Of a stretch of DNA of 64,000 nt, positions 52,795-64,000 are shown one piece after another (the first letter of the stretch is position 1; every line of letters begins with the position of its first letter). This DNA comes from the human T2T-CHM13v2.0 reference genome, Homo sapiens: assembly GCF_009914755.1 (NCBI RefSeq), contig NC_060940.1; one strand, written 5' to 3'. The notes below the pieces were generated by a model. The model was not told the DNA's origin and did not search any database. It was given only the letters and a program-made list of their open reading frames with translations. The position numbers and the translations under genes are program-made.

Positions 52795-52800
52795 TTTAAT
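52795..52800 (-). terminator. DBNDD1: Probable DBNDD1 polyadenylation signal (ATTAAA on minus strand)
   Basis: tttaat on + strand, ~1.44 kb downstream of the DBNDD1 stop. Confidence 0.65.
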
Positions 52801-54239
52801 CCCCCTGTTTGCAAACGAGCTCTGTGGAAGCTCAGCAGGAAGGATGGAAAGATGGGGAGGAAGACCCTGGCGGGTGGAAGTGTGGCCAGGGACACAAGGC
52901 TGCCCTTATGGGACTGAAAGAGAAAGCTGCTGGGCTCTGTGTGACTGGAAACCAGGGAAGGAGACCTGGCTGAGGCAGGAACTGGGTTTGCCAGCAGTGC
53001 GGAGGGGCAGCGGGTGGCTCAGAAGTGGGAGCAGGTACACAGAAGGAGCTCAGGGCATGCCTGGGGCATCTCCAAAGCTCTGCTGAGAGTGAAGGCCAGG
53101 AGCCTGTTTTCCTTCCCCAGAAGTGTGCTCATGGGAAATGGGGCAGGGGGCAGGCTGGCTTGGGGATGGAAAGTAAGCTTACACTTTGATATTAAACTCA
53201 TTCTTTGACTTGCTGTCAGGCAAGAAGCCCATTCTGTGAGCTTCAGCATATAAGCATTGGGAGGGTGTGAGCTGGGGCTCCCAGACACCCCCAGAGCAGA
53301 GGGAGCAGGGCCTGTCAGCCTCCTCTGCTGCTCCTGGACAGAGACCCACGGGGTCCCATGGGCTCCAAACCTGCCCAGCAAGTTTAAGGGCCGTGGGCAG
53401 GCCTTGTAGCCGGGCAATGGGATGTGAGCAGAAACGAGAATGTGGCCTAGCAGTGGGTGCAGGACAAGGAGAGGTGAACCCCACCCCGAGAGCATTCCGG
53501 GAGGTGTCATCAAGTCTCTTAGGCAGTCTGGTGATATTTGGTGTTCTGAGCTAAGGAGGGAATGGACTTGTCTGTCACGCAGGGGCCAAGAGAAGCAGGT
53601 GCAGGTCTTAGAGCTGAGCCTTGGGGAGGGGACCCTAGTGAGACAGCGCCTCCGTGGAGTAGAAGAAGGGGCAGGATGGAAATCAAGGTGGGAATTTTGG
53701 GGCCGCTTCTCCATGTGTGCTTTGCTGGACAGCACATTGTCCCATTAGCCACTACCAAACCCGCCTCTGGCTTCTGAGCTTGGCAGCACAGGAAAACGCG
53801 GAGGTTGGAGCACCCCCAGGAGTTCCTGGAGTGGCTGTCACAGGCCTGGGTCCCCTTCACCCCAAGGCCGCCGTGGGCCACTCCATTCCTCAGCACGTTC
53901 CTGGCAGTGACTCCGTGACGCTGTCTTCCTGACTCGGGGCCCAGGAACGAGCTGGACGTAAGGCCACTGGGCTGTGCTTGTGCTGGGGCTCCCAGAGGCA
54001 TCCGGGGGCCCCGTGTGTCCCCCAGGAAAGCCGGCTGGTCTCCAAGTGAGGCGAAGACCCGTGCCCAGCAGACAAGGCCGGTCTCGGGGCTGGCAGAGAG
54101 CTGCCCCCAGGGTGTGTGTCAGGAGGTGACGGCTGGAGCCTCGTGGGCGGGTGAAGTGTGTCTGCTGGGTCAGCACTGCCCAGATCTGCCATCGTGTTCG
54201 GACCCCATCCCTGCAGGAGCTGGGGCAGGTGGAGATGGT

Positions 54240-54397
54240 CTAGTCCTCCTGGGGCCTCTCCACAGTGAGAAACGTGTCCAGGACTGTGGCCTGCCGCTCG
54301 GGGTCGCCTAGGGGCTGCTTCTCGTGGCTCTGCTCAGCCCTTGTCCTCGTCCAGGAAGGGGAGCGCAGGTAGCCGGCCCGGGGCAGCGGGTGCAGAC
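54240..54397 (-). CDS. DBNDD1: DBNDD1 last coding exon (3'UTR continues to ~52775)
   Basis: ccctag|GT CTG CAC ... GAG GAC TAG. Confidence 0.95.
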
Positions 54398-57300
54398 CTA
54401 GGGGCATGCGGGAAGGGGAACTCGGTGTGGCTGAGAGGCCTGGGTGGATGCTGCGGAGCTCCAGGTGCCGCCGGCCTCCTGCGCCACTCCTGCCAATGCT
54501 CTGCACCAGCCCCCTGCACCAGGCATGCACACATCTACCTCTAACGGGAGGCCCCCACCACACACTGGCCCCACCAGAGAGGTGGATGTTGTGGTCTGGG
54601 TGGGGCCTGGGCAGGGTCTTTTCTGGTGCTCCCCGGAGTCACTGTATAGTCTAGGCTGAGCCTCTCCTGTTTGGTCATTAAGTGACCCTGGTGGGGCCTC
54701 CCTAAACTGTTCCCCCCGCAGGTGTCCCACCTCAGCCAACCACCCTCCATGAGCCCTGCAGGCCTCTTGGAGCCTCTGCCCCATCATGGGCCTTGTGAGT
54801 CCCCGGCCTCTTGGAGCCTCTGCCCCATCATGGGCCTTGTGTGTCCCCGGCCTCTTGGAGCCTCTGCCCCATCATGGGCCTTGTGAGTCCCCGGTGCAGG
54901 CTCTGTGGGGCTGGGGATTCGGGTGGGCTGGAGTCTGAGCCCCTCACTCCACCTCCCCAGCCACAACAGCCATGCCTGGGCTCACGGGCTGGGTGGGAAG
55001 GGTTGCCGCCAACATGGAGCTGGTGGGAACTGGCCAGGGTCAGGCAATGGCCTTGTCCTGGAGGTGAGCTGGGGGCTGACTCATGAGGCCCCATTCCCTC
55101 CCAGACACCTGGGGCTGCAGCAGCCTGGGACACACAGGCCGACACCCCTTCCTGACAACTCCAGGAACCATGGGAGCAGCTGGCCACCGGCAGGAGTCAC
55201 AGTGGGGCTGGTCCTTTTAATGAGGTCCTGAGTGGCCTGGGGGGTTGGGAAGCAGAGGCTGGGCCAAACTGTCCCATGCGGAGAAGGCTCGGCCCTGATG
55301 CTCTCACAGTTACTGAAGTTCACACAGGTCACGTCAGTGTCCTTCACTGGTCACTGTCAGAGACTGAGGACGCGCTGTCGCATCCTCATGAGTCCTGTGC
55401 TCTCGTCACGGCTTAGGAAGGAGACACGACAATGGCCGTGCTGGGGGCCCTGCTCGGCAGTGTGAGGACACTGGAGCTGCCTTCAGGCCAATGGCAACGC
55501 TCCCGTGGGAATCAGAGGAAGTTAAGTGAGCTGAGGAGGGGCCCGGGCTGGTGATCACCCCCACCTTTCGTTCTTGGCCCATTTTATGATGAAAATTCAC
55601 ATTCATTAAATTCTGCTTTTGAGGGGACAGTGGCTTTAGCCGTCTGTTGCTCACTTGAAAAGTAAAGTTTTAAGCAGCTGTGACGGGGAAGTTGCTTCAA
55701 GTTGGGCAGATAGCAGCGTGGTGAAATGAAGTGCTGAGGGATTCTTGCTAAAACACACGCACACCTCCCAGGACTTCCCAAGGGGCCTCAGCCCACCACC
55801 CACACCTCCCAGGACGTCCCAAGGGGCCTCACCCCCCAAACACACCTCCCAGGACTTCCCAAGGGGCCTCACCCCCCAAACACACCTCCCAGGACGTCCC
55901 AAGGGGCCTCACCCCCCAAACACACCTCCCAGGACGTCCCAAGGGGCCTCAGCCCACCACACACACCTCCCAGGACGTCCCAAGGGGCCTCAGCCCACCA
56001 CGCACACCTCCCAGGACGTCCCAAGGGGCCTCAGCCCACCACGCACACCTCCCAGGACGTCCCAAGGGGCCTCAGCCCACCACCCACACCTCCCAGGACT
56101 TCCCAAGGGGCCTCAGCCCACCACCCACACCTCCCAGGACGTCCCAAGGGGCCTCACCCCCCAAACACACCTCCCAGGACTTCCCAAGGGGCCTCAGCCC
56201 ACCACCCACACCTCCCAGGACGTCCCAAGGGGCCTCACCCCCCAAACACACCTCCCAGGACTTCCCAAGGGGCCTCACCCCCCAAACACACCTCCCAGGA
56301 CGTCCCAAGGGGCCTCACCCCCCAAACACACCCTTCAGGACTTCCCAAGGGGCCTCAGCCCACCACCCACACCTCCCAGGACGTCCCAAGGGGCCTCACC
56401 CCCCAAACACACCTCACAGGACTTCCCAAGGGGCCTCACCCCCCAAACACACCTCCCAGGACGTCCCAAGGGGCCTCACCCCCCAAACATACCTCCCAGG
56501 ACGTCCCAAGGGGCCTCAGCCCACCACACACACCTCCCAGGACGTCCCAAGGGGCCTCAGCCCACCACGCACACCTCCCAGGACGTCCCAAGGGGCCTCA
56601 GCCCACCACGCACACCTCCCAGGACGTCCCAAGGGGCCTCAGCCCACCACCCACACCTCCCAGGACTTCCCAAGGGGCCTCAGCCCACCACCCACACCTC
56701 CCAGGACGTCCCAAGGGGCCTCACCCCCCAAACACACCTCCCAGGACTTCCCAAGGGGCCTCAGCCCACCACCCACACCTCCCAGGACGTCCCAAGGGGC
56801 CTCACCCCCCAAACACACCTCCCAGGACTTCCCAAGGGGCCTCAGCCCACCACACACACCTCCCAGGACTTCCCAAGGGGCCTCAGCCCACCAGGCACAC
56901 CTCCCAGCCCAGCCCTGATGCCGGCCTCACCTGCTGGGGACTCGGTGTTGAGGTTCTCGTCGTCCGAGTCAGCAAAGACCTCGGCCAGCTCCTGGTCCGA
57001 CATGTCGGTGAGCTCAGTGAGGTCCAGGAGGTCGAAGTGGACCTCCAGAGAGGAGACGCTGCTCAGAGGCTCTGAGGGCAGAGGGGGTACAGTCAGCCCT
57101 CAGGCCCTCCCACAAGGCTGCTCAGAGCCCCGGGGGTCTAGGAGAGAGTGCGCTGTGTCCTCCCACAAGGCTGTGGGTGAACCACAGCTTCCTGCAAAGC
57201 CCACACCGGCAGGATCTGATGAGTGTTGCGTATACTCATGACTAGAAGGCTTTCACTTGACAGATGGTGCAGCTGAGGCTCAGAGAACCAGAGCTGCAAG

Positions 57301-57577
57301 AGCCTAGCACACAGCGCCGGACCTAGACCCCCCAGGGAGTGTTTGGACAGGAGGTGGACCCTGCTGCCTTGTCTCTTGGGGGAGCTCACGGGGTCCCCAT
57401 AGCGTGCGCTGGGCAGGGAGCAGTACTTACGCCTCCTCTCCGTGACCTGCAGGAGCCCCGGTGCTGGTACTGGGATGCCCCCGACCTCCTCCTCCACAGG
57501 CGTGTGGCCATTGTCCCCTGTCCCCTGGGCTGGGACGCCCAGCGCAGCCTGCGGCACCTCAGCCTCCTTAACGATCT
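54240..57577 (-). CDS. DBNDD1: DBNDD1 dysbindin domain-containing protein 1, shared coding exons (main first exon lies right of the window)
   Basis: Minus-strand exons 57577-57431 ([14 protein letters not shown]...VTERR), 57071-56931 ([47 protein letters not shown]), 54397-54240 ([18 protein letters not shown]...VERPQED*); canonical splice sites, all phase 1. Confidence 0.96.
54761..54894. repeat. 44-bp tandem repeat x3 in the last DBNDD1 intron
   Basis: GGCCTCTTGGAGCCTCTGCCCCATCATGGGCCTTGTGAGTCCCC at 54761, 54805, 54849. Confidence 0.9.
55757..56908. repeat. 40/41-bp VNTR, ~28 copies, in the last DBNDD1 intron
   Basis: CACACCTCCCAGGAC(G/T)TCCCAAGGGGCCTC followed by ACCCCCCAAA or AGCCCACCACN; variant order recurs at ~567 bp. 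Confidence 0.95.
56931..57071 (-). CDS. DBNDD1: DBNDD1 coding exon (dysbindin acidic motif)
   Basis: ccctcag|AG CCT CTG ... CCA GCA G|gtgagg. Confidence 0.95.
57431..57577 (-). CDS. DBNDD1: DBNDD1 coding exon
   Basis: atgcag|AG ATC GTT AAG ... AGG AGG C|gtaagt. Confidence 0.94.
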
Positions 57578-58103
57578 CTGCATCCAAAGACACAGTGTCA
57601 CCTTGAGATCCACAGGGCTCCCACATCCCCCCAGGACGCGGGGCTGGGTGTGAGGACTTGGCACATCCAGTCCTTTGAAACTCTGGGCAGTGACCAGCAG
57701 GTGATGGGATGGCTGGGCTTGTGGCCTCATGCCTGGACCCAGACAAGGGGTTGAGGGGCTTCAAGGAGGCTGCTCCTTCCCCTTGGGCCCTGGCCTCCCC
57801 TAGTGAACAAGGAATCTGAGATCCAGATCACCTTTGGTACGCAAGCACCCATGAAAGCCGACCATGCAGGCGTGGAAGTCCCACCAGGGCCCGCGTGGCT
57901 GCATTCCAGTGCCGTCCTGGCCTCTGATTTCTAGCTCGGCCCAGGGTCCCCTGAAGGATCGCCCATGGATTTCCATGTCCAGCCTCTTGGTCCCCTTCAA
58001 ACCAGAACAGCCCCTCTCCACTGTGGACTGACTTTTCCTTTTAAAAACTGATGTCGTATTTGAGTTCAGAATAATACATTCTCATTAAATGAAAGTTACA
58101 AAC

Positions 58104-58194
58104 CAGGAGGAATAGGCAGGCCTGCCATTCTGTGATCCCTTAGCCACCAACCATGCCTCACAGTTGAGCAAATATTCTTCCAGGTTTCTCCCAT
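58104..58194 (-). CDS. DBNDD1: DBNDD1 alternative first coding exon (30 aa; would give a 178-aa isoform)
   Basis: aacATGG Kozak context; [31 protein letters not shown]|gtttgt is phase 1, in frame with exon 57577; agrees with my recollection of a 178-aa DBNDD1 isoform. Confidence 0.7.
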
Positions 58195-58195
58195 G

Positions 58196-63295
<5,100 letters not shown>

Positions 63296-63544
63296 CTAGT
63301 CTGGTCCTTCCCCATCTCCCTTTGGCCTGGTCTTTATTCTGTAAAGTCTGGTGCCGTGGTCTGTGTTGGGGCTTTGGGGAAGGAAAATTTGGAAGATGCA
63401 GCTTCTGCCATCAGGACACGAATTTTTTGGCCAGAAGAATGTGATACCAGGGACAAGACCTGAGCCCCCAGGAGGGGCACGATGGATCTTGGCATGAAGA
63501 GCGTGCAGCTGCTATAAGGCATGCTCGTGGGTCCTCAAATGACT

Positions 63545-63724
63545 GAGCCTACTGTGTAATACATGCAGCATACAGATATGTGTTCGTTGACCATATCAGT
63601 AAAGTTCTGGTCAACAGTAGGCTATTAGCAGTTAAGTTTTTGGGGAGTGAAAAGTTCTATGTGGATTTCTGACTTTGAGGGAGGTGGGCACCCCTAACAC
63701 TTAACGTTGTTCAAGAGTCAGCTG
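63545..63724 (+). mobile_element. Tigger2-like DNA transposon end
   Basis: ggtcaacagtaggctattagcagttaagtttttggggagt...gttgttcaagagtcagctg resembles the Tigger2 terminal sequence/TIR. Confidence 0.6.
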
Positions 63725-64000
63725 CACATGCATGTTCATAGCGTGATTCACAGTAGCCAAAAGTGGAAATAATCCAATGTCCTCAGTGGATCAATGGATA
63801 AACAGAATGTGGTCTGTGCCTACCATGGAGTGAGATTCAACCCAAGAAGGACGGCGGTACTGACACCGGATATCACATGCATGAGCCTGATCACCTCATT
63901 CGAGTGAAGGAAGCCAGGCCCAAAAGGACAAATGCTGTGTGACGCCGTTCCTAGGAAATGTCCAGAATAGGCAAGCGCGTAGACATTCCATCAGTGATCG
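63725..64000 (+). mobile_element. Old L1 (L1MB-like) 3' fragment
   Basis: atgttcatagc...gccaaaagtggaaa...aatggataaacagaatgtggtc...gaagccaggcccaaaaggacaaat...aaatgtccagaataggcaa. Confidence 0.7.

Noticed and set aside
55745-57241. 498-aa plus-strand ORF, the longest in the window
   Set aside because: Produced by the stop-free 40/41-bp VNTR; it starts at TTG, is antisense to DBNDD1 and cycles through the reading frames of the repeat unit
57832-58021. Another phase-compatible DBNDD1 upstream exon (MEIHGRS...LRTK G|gtgatc)
   Set aside because: Weak donor and no other support; the 58104-58194 exon fits better

Overview
Human (primate) genomic DNA; the gene order matches chromosome 16q24.3, just distal to MC1R/TUBB3 (recognised from protein sequence and recall, not a database search). 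Left to right: (1) DEF8 (+), 11 coding exons at 2495-14205 splicing to a 451-aa C1 zinc-finger/Rubicon-homology protein, 3'UTR to ~16.3 kb. (2) CENPBD1(P) (-), a 187-aa CENP-B HTH ORF that is the surviving N-terminus of a decayed Tigger/TIGD-type transposase gene interrupted by an Alu. (3) A CpG-island bidirectional promoter with an NRF1 site. (4) AFG3L1P (+), a 17-exon unitary pseudogene of the mitochondrial m-AAA protease subunit, with all exons traceable and at least 7 disabling lesions. (5) The 3' part of DBNDD1 (-): three shared coding exons plus an alternative first coding exon. The window is Alu-rich. The most unusual features are three minisatellites, each a homotypic array of a transcription-factor motif: about 38 perfect ATGACTCAGCA (ARE/NF-E2/AP-1) sites at 43.05-44.43 kb, 19 units of 55 bp carrying HRE/E-box (TACGTGCACGTG) and GC-box motifs at 51.5-52.6 kb, and about 28 G-run/EBF-like units of 40-41 bp at 55.8-56.9 kb. 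Coordinates and counts were made by eye.
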